Source: Basidiobolus ranarum (lineage: Eukaryota). From it: a stretch of 38,204 bases of DNA. Shown in pieces: positions 14,123 through 25,600 of this stretch; position 1 is the stretch's first letter, and each line of letters begins with the position of its first letter. The stretch spans positions 1-38,204 of the forward strand of contig JASJQH010000049.1 in NCBI GenBank assembly GCA_040143965.1. Reading direction: 5' to 3'. The notes under the pieces are model-generated. The model saw only the letters and a list, made by a program, of their open reading frames with translations. It had not been told where the DNA came from and ran no database searches. The position numbers were made by a program, and so were the translations under genes.

Positions 14123-17100
14123 CTACACCGACCAAGAGCAAAGTTCTTCTTGTTCAGAGGAAGGAATAAAAGGTAAATCAATACTTTTAATCATTATATC
14201 TCCACATAAGTAACATTCAGATGCTACTAATTCATCTAATTCTTCTTTTTGTCCTTCTAATTTTCTAAATTCTTTCAAGCTCTCTATCTCCGGATGGAAA
14301 GATACTTGCGAATTAGATGAATTCGTACGACGTTGAACAGTTAGACCATGGGTGATTCTTCCTTGTAACTCTTGCAGTACACGTAGTTGTGTGGGATTAA
14401 GATGTTGCTTGACCTACGAATGAATCCGATAAATAGGAGCATTGAAAAGGAGAGGAGAGTAGAGGCAAAGAAGAGAAGGTAAAGGGGAGGAAATAAATAC
14501 CACACCAAGTCAAATAAAGTCAGTTTACCTTATTTATCAAACAATCGGCATGAAACCCATGTTGACAAGGAAAGATGTAAAATTGTCTAGTGAGAATCGG
14601 TTGATCACATAGAGCGCAACTCTTATCCAAACTAACGATAGCAAAGCTAACAGATTCAAAGGGAATTAATATTGTGCTCTTTCTAACTCTTGTGATTCAT
14701 ATACGTATCATTTACTCACCGATTCTTCAGTTCTCGAATATCTTGTCGAATATTCTCGGCATTTCGGGTGGCCTGATTCATCTCTCCCTTTAAATCTTCG
14801 ATATGTAGATCGTATTCTTCCAAAGCGGAACAGATTTCTTCCTGAAATGACGGTTTCTCATATCAATTAGTAAACTTTTCATGCGTGGGTGTGGGTGTGA
14901 GTGTGGATATAGATGAGTCAAGTCACCTTGAAATCATCGATATGAGTGAAATCGGGAAAGAAAGGCAATACATCTTCGATTTTTAACAAGTCGGATTCTT
15001 GAAGGAACTTCATAGCACTACATGAAAATGTAAAGACTGATTAATTTACGACATTTCGAAAGCAATCTATGGCGTGTTACGTTTTAACATCATGCTGTTG
15101 TTCGATTACGTATCTGGCTATCTTCAACCATAGCTTTTTTCTCAAGTCTTCGTCACCGTCAGGCTTGTCAGCATTGATGCGTGCGAGTTCTACATCTTGA
15201 TGCTATATATTGGGTTTGATCAATCTCTCATCAATCTCTCTGGGAGGGGAGAAAATCAACTCTTCGGAAAAGTTCACAAACCTCTAGGGCTAGGTCCACT
15301 GCCTCTTCATACATACCCATGCTCCCGTATATGAAAACACAGCTTTGTATGCGGTGATGCTTAGTACATAATCGGAGCGCGTAATCTTGGTTATATCTCA
15401 TCTCTCGTCCCTAACACAGTAAGAATCTTAATGTGAGACGATTAGAAGGATATAGAACTAACTATACCTCATAATTCAGAAAGCTCAGAAGATCCGACTC
15501 ATCTTCAGTAGGCTGGGTGGCATAAAGAGTGAGCAAATAGTTGTGAATTACCGGATCATTGTTATTCATCTTTTGCACCACAAATTGTAGATAGCGAATT
15601 GCTTGATTCTGACGAAGAAGTTTGCTAAGTAATCATTAAGTATGCATTGGAGATAATTCCATCTTACCTGGTCTGTCTCCTCTTGTGTCTTCGAGTGGTC
15701 ATATCTCAGTAGGGCAGGGATCAGATTTCTCGGGTTAAGATTTGTATGTCTCATCCACATGTTGACGGTCTCAACGGGTGCATGTTCCATGAGAACTGGA
15801 GAATATTTGTAATATAATTCTACAGAAGTCTTGGGCTTCAAGTTAGGTCCATGAACATTAGCAATACTGCGAATACTGAACATACTATACCTGCTTTCCT
15901 AGAGCATGCGACGCTTGGGTGAAATTTCTCTCTTGAATCCAATTCGATATGACCCGGTCATAGTCATGCATTAACGAAGCGTAGTGAAGTAAATCCTCAT
16001 TTCGACCATGGCTTCCAATTAAACCATAAGTAGTCTTGGGATCTAAACAACTCTAAGTGGTCGTATCAAATCGAAGGAAGGTTAAAGATACTTGCACCTG
16101 GCGGTGTGAACTTCAAAAAATTTACCTTGTAGGACCCTAAAAAAGCATAGAACTCCTCCGTTAGAATTCTCTGCTCTTCTTGGTAATTACGTTTCTCTTC
16201 TGGCCCAACCGATCCCATGACCAAGTCCTCGAGAACATTTAATTTGTTAAGATATATCTCAACTAGCCAAGTCCCGATGATAGTGATTTGAGTCAAATCC
16301 TACCCGAGAAATAACAAAGGGTTAGTTGATGTCTGGCTAGTTACGAAGTAGAATGTAGCTTACACTTTTTCTTAGTCTCTCGATCTTTTGAAGGAGATAT
16401 CTTTTTAAAGCGTCACGCTCATTGCACTCCACGAATTTGAGCACAACCTCCTCAAAAGACTTGGTAGTCTGAGCAAAATAGGTTGCCGACAGTAAATAGC
16501 GTTCTTGAGAGAAGTAATGCTCCGCCTGGGCAGTAAGGACTTTATCCTTCTGGATTGGATCCTATTCGTATACAGATTGGCATGAAATTCACATATCAAA
16601 TACATAGCGTAAAGTTACCTTTGCATATTGTAAAGCCACATCAAACATCTTTTTTTCTAGGTATAGGCTCCATATATTCTGATCCTCATTAACGACAACC
16701 AACTCGTATATGGAAGTGGTGGTATAAACCCAATACGTGTTCTTAGCCGAGTCTACAGCCATTCCTAATATGCGCTGAGTTGGGCCCTAAGTATTCGCAT
16801 CAGATTCTGATAGAAACAAAGACATTAAGAGAGGTTGCATGAGAATTTACCAATGAGATCAAATCGTCATAAACCACCTCATCGTTCAGTTGGCAAACCG
16901 CTCTAACTCTATCATCATAAAGAAGAATAAAATGGAACTCCGTAATAGCAATAGATATCGGGGTTTGTGCTTCGTTCAAGTTGCTCTCGTAGGATGCAGA
17001 GGTGTATCTGAATATATGAAAGCAACACCAGTTAGAATACTTCTTTCCAAGCAGCCTGTTCTAGACTCACGGTAGTAGTTGCGCACTATCAATCACACTG

Positions 17101-18521
17101 TCCCCAGATCCTTGAGACCCGAATACTAAGTCACCGTAATAAATTCCTGGAACTAATTTTCATGCGACAACATGTAAGTTCAAGATACGCCCAAGTTTAA
17201 TAAAAAGTCCTTATTACATGTCAACCAGCAGAACTTGCTAGCGGTACTCTGAACTTGAGCATCTTGATACTTGTTAGCGGTACTCTGAACTTGAGCATCT
17301 TGATACTTGCTGAAGAAATGGATTTCACTATGCGAAATTTCTCCGGGGATCTCCTGATAAGCTAGAAAAATATATATTTAATTCGCTTCATGAGCTAGTT
17401 TGATGAGCTACAAAGCCTACGGTCCGTTGAACTTACAAGGGCTAGTAGCATACTTGGAAAATAAACTCTGGAAAAGTGAACCGTCAGGAGAGCTTTTTTG
17501 TAAATCGACATTTCCGATGATTTGATAGAGTCGAGTTGGTGTCGTCAAAAGAATGAAATATTTCTTTGTGTTAACAGGAAACTGCTCAAACTTAATACCA
17601 GTGATCGCTCCAGCATCTTTTAGCGAGAAAACCTAATTTCTGAAATCAGCTCTTGCTTCTATCGATCGATAAAAGATGCCCTACCTCTTTGATGTATTTA
17701 TCCTCCTTCTTGAAATATTCATCTGTGGGCTCCAGCTCCGTTTCGAAGACTGTCCCACTCCTGGTTCCCAACAGAATTTCTTTTGTCGATGCACTTGTCC
17801 CTTTTCCGGTATCTGGATTCCAAGCAACCGATTCAATAGTAATCCCCTAGTTAAAATCATGAGGTTTAGCTCGTTTGAATAAAGACGTGAATATTGTCTA
17901 TCTTAAGGCTACCTTTAATTTGGCCAAGTTCTTACTTTTCTTCCATTGCGTGTGTAAATAATAATTATCCCCCTTGGTGGTGGTCACAAGAAGGTGCTTT
18001 CCGGTTGGATCAAAAAATATCTTATATATCTTGTTGTCAGGTGTGCGACGAGGCAATTCAATATCTATTTTAAACCGTGATGACAAGTCAAATTACTATC
18101 TATAAAACTAAGTGATATGATACATATGGTACCTTCTATATCATGAGCCTCTTGTAGATTTATCCTTAGGATGTGGTTATTCTCTAAAGCCATGGCAAGA
18201 ATATTATTTGAAACTTGCATCGAGATGAGTGGAGCGGGAAGTTGGAATTGAACTCTGTCTAAAGTAAATATCTCGGTTTCTTTCACATTGTCAATATCTG
18301 CACTAACAAAACCCGTACCCAACTGTTATGGTTTTTTGGTTAATACTAAGAAAAACTTCACGTATAGTATTATCTTTGGGTTCACTGACCAAAGCAGGCA
18401 CAGAATTCTCGAAACCTGAGCTGTCATTCTCCTCTAAAACTGGTATATTCGAATCTTGCAAAGAACTAAATTGGGGTCGCATTGACTCGCTATGCTCGAT
18501 AAAGTCCTCTATTAAAGACAT
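14123..18521 (-). CDS. VPS18: Vacuolar protein sorting 18 (Pep3/deep orange), HOPS/CORVET subunit, multi-exon
   Basis: Spliced product includes IFTLDRVQFQ, IFFDPTGKHLLV, GITIESVAWN, TWLVEIYLNKLN, LNPRNLIPALLRY, LLKIEDVLPFFPDF and the C-terminal RING CALC...FYIFPCQHGFHADCL...ASECYLCGDIMIKSIDLPFI. Stop TAG at 14123-14125. Confidence 0.95.
17233..17304. repeat. 36-bp tandem duplication inside a VPS18 exon
   Basis: ACTTG(C/T)TAGCGGTACTCTGAACTTGAGCATCTTGAT occurs twice with one mismatch and encodes KYQDAQVQSTA(N/S) twice. Confidence 0.95.
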
Positions 18522-18852
18522 AACACTCGTAATATTTCTTGGTTAAACTGTAGAATAGATTTTTCACTAACAAATAACGTGGTATGATGTTCAGGAATTA
18601 TGTATACATATATTATATCAGTTTCGAGTAAATTTCTTACGCTTACATGCTCACAAGTATTAATATAGATACCCCAGTATGCACAATGAAAGTTAAGGAT
18701 TCTGTCAGAATACACTAACCCCACTCAACCCCAGTCCCAACCCTATCCCAAAAAACTAATCATTTAACTGAAAGCTTGGCCATACAATTATATATATAAC
18801 TACCGTAGTGATTTATTTGTGATTAATAGAGCTAAATACTACTATGATCATA

Positions 18853-18860
18853 GTCACGTG
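18853..18860. promoter_or_regulatory. GTCACGTG E-box (Cbf1/USF/MiT-type) in the VPS18 / uL5m divergent promoter
   Basis: Exact RTCACGTG in an AT-rich 560-bp bidirectional intergenic region. Confidence 0.5.
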
Positions 18861-19081
18861 TAATTCAAATTTAGTGCCGAAAATTTGTTGCATTTGAAAA
18901 TTCTATCGTAGAGTAAATCTCAGCAAAGGATACAATTCAACCAAGGAAGCATTGGGTTTCTCTACGCTTATTGTAGGAATTTTTTTCTGCTGATAGCAAT
19001 TACTAGTTGGCAACTTTCTTCGAAATAAGTCTCCCTTCATTCTTTTATCTACCGCCTTCGAATAGAATATAGATAAATAAC

Positions 19082-19897
19082 ATGTACGCTTCCTCCAGTT
19101 TACTTCGTACTGGTCTCAGAGCCAGTGTTAACTCTGTGTTGGTCCGTAGCGCCATTTCCACTCGTAAGTTCACTAGCTCTGCTGTCGCCTCTGACCTTGT
19201 ACGTTTAGAAGAACACTACCACCATGTTGTGGAAGATGATCTTATGATTTTGAACTACGAACACGTCAAGCCCACTCCCAAATCCGATCTTCCTACCCTT
19301 TCAGGAAGACCTAGACTTTTTAAAAAATATCCCAGAAAGCCAGCCTCACCTACCAAGGATCATGAACACATTCCTCAACTCAAGAAAATTGACGTTCATT
19401 GTTACATGAAGGATGCTGTCTACAACAAATACAACCTTTTAAGTGCCTTTATCTCACTTCAATGTATTACTGGTCAATGCCCTGAGCCAGTCTTCTCTAA
19501 GAGCGACGCAGCTCCTTGGAAGTTGCGTCGTGGTATGCCAGTTGGCTGTCGTGTCACTTTGGAAGGTGAGAAGATGTATTCTTTCATCGAAAAGGTCACC
19601 GAAGTTGTGCTCCCCCGTATGAAGGAATACCAAGGATTACGTGAAAACTCTGGAGATGGCAATGGTAATATCGCATTCGGATTTCCTGCTGAAGCCATGG
19701 GTCTTTTCCCCGATATTGAAGGTGTCTACGATATGATTCCCAAGATGACCGGATTCGATGTCACCATCAACACTACTGGATACTCTGACACTGAGGCCAG
19801 ATTACTCTTGTCTGGATTCCAACTTCCTTTCCAATCCAGAAGAAAATCTGCCATCGCTAAACCTAAGGAGGCTGTCCCAGCTGAAGCAACAGCTTAA
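19082..19897 (+). CDS. MRPL7: Mitochondrial ribosomal protein uL5m (yeast MrpL7 ortholog), single exon, 271 aa
   Basis: R/S/A-rich acid-free presequence; ITGQCPE...KSDAAPWKLRRGMPVGCRVTLEGEKMYSF...VVLPRMKEYQG...SGDGNGNIAFGF...TEARLLLSGFQLPF. Confidence 0.95.
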   Translation: MYASSSLLRTGLRASVNSVLVRSAISTRKFTSSAVASDLVRLEEHYHHVVEDDLMILNYEHVKPTPKSDLPTLSGRPRLFKKYPRKPASPTKDHEHIPQLKKIDVHCYMKDAVYNKYNLLSAFISLQCITGQCPEPVFSKSDAAPWKLRRGMPVGCRVTLEGEKMYSFIEKVTEVVLPRMKEYQGLRENSGDGNGNIAFGFPAEAMGLFPDIEGVYDMIPKMTGFDVTINTTGYSDTEARLLLSGFQLPFQSRRKSAIAKPKEAVPAEATA

Positions 19898-20221
19898 CAT
19901 ACTAATATGCATTAAATAGAATTCCTAAGCGGTTCTCTCTTCATTTTCCATTTGTTCTTTACATATTACTTTTCTATTTCCACGAGAATAAACCAAAAGC
20001 ATCTACCTAACCAATTTTGTTACCAGAATATTTGCTTAATTCCAATGATATTAGAATGGCTGCAATCACTTTGAGGAGAAGACTAGCATCATGAGTTAAC
20101 ATCACCGAAATAATGAATTATTTATTTTTACACAAACACTACGTTTCGGGAAATTTCTTGAAGGTATGACAAGTTCAACAGAAGGGAGAAAGAAAGTTTT
20201 AGTATTTTGTATAGAGTGATA

Positions 20222-20844
20222 TAAGCCTTTTCCTTTAGATCAGGTATAGTTTTTCTATATCCGTACTAAGCCTTAGACTGGAACTTACGTTTCTCTTCGA
20301 GTTTTCTGACTATATTATCGTACTTCTAGTCAACCTCCGAACTTAAACAGTTCAATGCGGTATGCTTACGCTCAGGCTTAAAACGAAGAGTACTAAGTGT
20401 AGCAGGAATAACCACATGCTTAATGGTATCATATGGTGGTGAAATACTTCGGAAGAGCTTAAGATGCTCAATGGCAGCAGTACCACGAGCAGTTTTGTGT
20501 GGAATCATACCACTAATAGTATGTCAGAGAATACAAAGGAAAGAGCATGTAAATAATAAGGACCCTTAGAGGGATTTACGAGACAACGCTTACGGGGAAA
20601 CACCTGATACTCGACTAAAGAGTTCAATAACAAACATTCAATAAAACTACTTTCAAGTAATATAAGTCCCAAAGAATCCATTTTGTATGTCGAAGGTAAC
20701 AATTAACAAACACGGAAAAGAAACACCGCTAACATCTAATTCTTCACTACGGACGACAACGTCATTTTAGCCGATGGGAAACTGCTTCGAGATAACTGTA
20801 ACAAAGCGACCAAGAAGAAAGTCTCTACCGTCAACAACAACCAC
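20222..20844 (-). pseudogene. RPL16: Unprocessed pseudogene of cytosolic ribosomal protein uL13 (RPL16/RPL13A)
   Basis: VVVVDGRDFLLGRFVTVISKQFPIG*NDVVVRSEELDVSG, then an intron-like gap, then EYQVFPRKRCLVNPSKGPYYLHALS, a frameshift near 20530, then GMIPHKTARGTAAIEHLKLF..ISPPYD...SEVD*KYDNIVRKLEEKRKFQSKA*Y. Stops at 20767-69, 20326-28 and 20266-68. Confidence 0.92.
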
Positions 20845-21167
20845 CTATGTATTCAGTGAACATAAAAAGCTTAGTTACTGTGACGAACAGTATTTATTTA
20901 GGAAAGCAGTCATAATATATATTTACATAATTATGCCCAAGCAATATGAGGGCCATATTTTCATCTTTTTACTTATATTATGGGGACTTGTAGAATTTAC
21001 TCTCTTTGGTGATATCAAGCAATAGTTTAAAATACACTACTCAATTGTTAACCAAAAAAAAATACACACTACATTTTTACTGGTGGGATCATGAATTCCT
21101 TTTTTTCTCAATATTCCTATACTATGGAATTTCTGCCTAATCTAAAACGAAGACCTTTGTTAACTGG

Positions 21168-21175
21168 GTCACGTG
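21168..21175. promoter_or_regulatory. GTCACGTG E-box between the uL13 pseudogene and SF3B6
   Basis: Exact RTCACGTG ~100 bp upstream of the SF3B6 ATG. Confidence 0.5.
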
Positions 21176-21272
21176 GATACAAAGTTAGTGTAATTTCAAA
21201 CGATGAGATACAGGGTTTGAAGTGAGCTTGAGAAACACTCACGAGGTTCATTTACTTACTTGATTCAATAAG

Positions 21273-21932
21273 ATGGCGATGGCAGCAGCAAAGGCGAAGG
21301 CAAACGTACGTTAGATACTTACCACTGGATCAGATTACCCATGACCTACATTACAATTGATCGGCACTCTAACTTTTCAGATCTATTATAGGTTCGTTTG
21401 CCTCCGGAGGTGAATCGTGTATTATTTGTAAAGTAAGTATGGGTCACAATCGCTAGATAAGATCAAAGTGAACATGTTTTTCTCATTTGATTTCAAAACT
21501 TTAGGAATCTTCCATTTAAAATTACTGCTGAAGAAATGTACGATATTTTTGGGAAATATGGTCCGATCCGTCAGATTCGGGTGTAAGTATATTCTTAATC
21601 CCCTCCACCAACATTCCGGCAATGATGTTTAACTATAATGTATATAGGGGTACTGCCGCCGATACGCGTGGTACTGCATTTGTAGTGTATGAAGATATCT
21701 TTGATGCCAAGTCTGCTTGTGACCATCTTCAAGGCTTCAACATCCTTGGAAGATACTTAATTGTGCTATACTATCAACCTAACAAACAGACAAAGAAGAT
21801 GAATCTAGCCAAGAAAGAGGAGGAGCTGAATGAACTCAAAAAGTACTGTCTTTATTATTACTAACTTTGACCAGTGGATATGCATTAACATCTTTCATTT
21901 CCAGTCGTTATGGAGTTACCGATGATGATTAG
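21273..21932 (+). CDS. SF3B6: U2 snRNP branch-site protein p14 (SF3B6/SF3B14), 5 exons, 124 aa
   Basis: Exons 21273-21305, 21392-21432, 21505-21582, 21648-21842 and 21905-21932. [38 protein letters not shown]...[38 protein letters not shown]. Confidence 0.96.
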
Positions 21933-22064
21933 AAAGCCTTGACTCTGTTGAAGGGCTTTCTTTTGGTGCTAGTTTTAGAATATTTCCAAGCATGTCTTCC
22001 ACTATTTAGCCAGTATTGTAATATTACATTTGAAAGATTATACTTTCCCAATAAATCCATGTGA

Positions 22065-22474
22065 ACGCGTTGTAATTCTGTGTTGTTTCTCTATGCTCGC
22101 GCGTGAGCTCCGTGTATGTAAAGGTGGTGTATATATGCATCCACTCACCATCTCTGCAACAATCATTGATACCAATATAGACGAGTGTATGAATGATGCT
22201 CGTACACTAAATTCTGTATAATATATATGGCATATATTCCCTCGGTGGCGATTGGGAAGCAGAATTATGGAGAAAGTGAGATCATTTGGGTATTGGAGAG
22301 TATGATTGGTTTTGTGGACGAGAGCATTGTTTACATTAGAATGTTTAATCAAACCTAGGTTCAGCAATGATCAGAATGTTTGCTGTGGATTATTAAAAAC
22401 TTACAAAAATAATAATAAAGCTCAACTCAGTGATTTCTCTAATCGGCAAAAACACGATTTCGACTTCGACGCGT
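22065..22474. promoter_or_regulatory. Two MCB-like ACGCGT elements upstream of PDS5
   Basis: ACGCGT at 22065-22070 and 22469-22474, plus CGCGCG near 22098. PDS5 is a G1/S MBF target in budding yeast. Confidence 0.45.
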
Positions 22475-22642
22475 TCTCATCTGTCTAGTCGATTTTTAGT
22501 CTCAGCCATTACTGTTTAGCCCTTCTGTCACTCTCTACGCAGTTTCATACAATCTATAATATTTGTCCATCATTACATATCTGTGATAGAATTGACCTAG
22601 AGCTTTTCTCCTCAACACTTGATAAAATATTTACCTACCACA

Positions 22643-25600
22643 ATGGACTCTGAAGAACAGCGTGATACTTCGGCGCTTAAGAAATTGAAATTTAATCAAA
22701 AGATTTCAAGTACTGCTAAACCGCTTGCTACTAATGAACTTATGAAGAGATTGAAAGTAAAGCCCTTTCTATGTTTACCATCTCATCGACAATATTATAT
22801 CTGTCCATCGAGGCTTACCATATAACTTTTTAGATTTTACACAATGAACTCGCCCATTTGGACCAAGAAGAAGTCAATACCCAGTCCCTGTCCACAGTGA
22901 CACGCGAGTTACTTAATTCTTCCTTGATGCGCCACAAGGACAAGGGTGTCAGAATTCATGTTGCTTGTTGCATTGCTGATCTTTTAAGATTATATGCCCC
23001 AGACGCGCCTTATACTGACCGCGAACTTAGAGTAAGTTTATGTTCTTTGAGAGGGATTTTCAAGGAAATGTTTAACTAATCTCAGCGACATTTTTAACCA
23101 GGACGTATTCGACTTTTTCGTCAAACAATTACAATATGTCGGTCAAAGTGTGAATCCTTACTTCCCTCTTTATTTTTACCTTCTTGAAAGTCTCTCTACA
23201 GTTAAGAGTGTAGTCTTGGTAGTTGACTTGGAGAATTCAGATGAACTTATAACCGACTTTTTCCGAACTTTCTTTGATGTTGTTCAGTAAGTCACTTTAA
23301 CTTAAGAGCATATATGAATGCAATTAATGAACCATTGATTTTTCACTGTTAGTGAGGAGCAATCCAAAAATGTTCAGCTTTGTATGGTGGATATTCTCCA
23401 ACAGCTTATCGATGAGGGCTCTTCACTTCCCCAAGATGTAGTTGACATTATCTTAGCCCAGTTCCTCAAAAGAAGACAAGAAGAGAACCCTGCCGCTTTT
23501 AAAATGGCTACCGACTTATGTAATGGAACTGCCGATCGTTTACAGCGCTATGTGTGTCAGGTAGGCGTCATCAAACTTCATTTTCATGATTATATCCCTG
23601 ACTGATGTGGGTGTTTTTAGTACTTTGCAGATGTTATATTGGCAGCTGGAAAAGAAGGAACAACCCAAGAAGATATGGAAGATTATCGAACCGCCCATCA
23701 ACTTATCAAAGAGCTAAACCGAGTCACGCCTGGATTATTGCTTAATGTAATACCTCAGTTAGAAGAGGAACTAACGGTATGTCAATTCGTTGTCGTTTCC
23801 AACGATCAATCCAGAATGTACTCATAAATGTCTCTAGCTGGACGATCTTAATTTACGAACCTTAGCCACTACTATCTTGGGTGAGATGTTTTCTGAGGTT
23901 GGGTCCTCCCTAGCTAAATCTTACCCTTCCGTATGGAAATCTTGGCTACAAAGGTAAGTACCAGGCAGTCATAGTTTGAACCACACATTCTCACGCTGAT
24001 TGGCCACAGGCGCAACGACAAAGTAACTGCACTCAGATGTATGTGGGTCGACTTCTCAGTGGATTTACTTACCAACCATCCTGAACTCGGCAGAGATGTG
24101 ATTCGTGAGTAGAAGTGCATAATTTACATCTCCAACCATAGTGCTTATTTGCTTCATTTAGAATGCTTGGTTTCCAAATCTTCTGACCCTGAAGAGAAAG
24201 TGCGCATCAGTGTATGTAAAGCACTCGGAAAGCTTGAATTCCAAACAATCTTTGATTTGATCGATAAGGAGCTGTTAGTCCAGATTGGTCATCGCTGTCG
24301 TGACAAAAAGGTTAGTGCGCCATTTGTTTAGTCTTTTGCTAGGAGTTGGTGATATTGAGTAGCTGTGTTCAAATTCGTAGATCGGCCCCCGTCAAGAAGC
24401 CATTAGAACCCTTGGGCATTTGTATAATCTTGCCTATAATGAAATGTAAGTGGTTTGCTACATAGAGTGCCCTTTTGCTACTTGCTGATTGATTCGTATA
24501 CAGTGCCAATCAAGATATTTCGGTGGTTTCCAAGTTTGGATGGATTCCAAACATTCTATTCAAGCTATTCTACATTGACGACAACGAGACCTTGTGAGGC
24601 TTATTTCATTGGTATTGCTTTGGATCTCACATACTGATGTTTTTACTTCTCCAGCGCTGCCGTTGAAAAAGCTATACATGATGACATATTCCCTCCCAAC
24701 AATGACGATGAGCTGCGCTCAGAGCGTGTTCTTATTGTACTAGGCTCCTTGGATGAAAAAGCTAGAAAGGCCTTCCTTGCCCTAATCAGCAGACAATCTG
24801 CGTAAGTGGAATGATTGAACGCTGAATTTCACTGATATTTTCGTCTGATCTGTTATCAATTTGAAGAATTATCAAGGAAGGGCTGATGTATTTGGATCTT
24901 TGCGAGAAATATAACGTAAGCGAGCGATTGTACAAACATTACAACCTCTGGACCTCTTTTTGACTCGGTTTTTTCATCCTTTAGAGTGGGAAGGGGAATG
25001 AGAAGACTGAAAATATGCTGCATCAAATTATCAAAAGAATTTCCGGTACGTGTTGTATTATGTTCATGCTTCTGCTATGGAGGGGAGGCTCATACTCTCT
25101 TGGAATTTAGATAAACTTCCCGATCCAACTAAAGCTGCCACTCACTTCTCAAAGTTTGCCAAAATCACCGATTCCCGACTCTATAAGGCATTCAAAGAAT
25201 TTTTAGATATAGATGCGGACTATAAATCAATCAAGAAAGCCAGTGTATGTCAAACACTGTTGATTACTCTATCTTCATTGACTAATGATTCAGCATTTAT
25301 CTTCAGGGTGTATTCTTGAAGCGTCTTGAGCAGACATCACCTTCTTTGCTGGATACTTTTTCCATTTTTGTGCGCCGTGCGAGTTTGACTATTGTTAACA
25401 AAAACTTGATTCCTTACTTGGTTCGTTTGATCAAATCTACGAGTCCTGAGGATTTGGGAGATAGCAGCCTTGGCGCTGTCGCTCATGGGCTGCTCAAGGT
25501 AATACCAGAGAGGTGCATATCTTCATAATGTAGAAGACTAAATGATTTGTTTACAGGATATCTCGACTATGTTCCCGATGCTATATAGAACCCACGTCAA

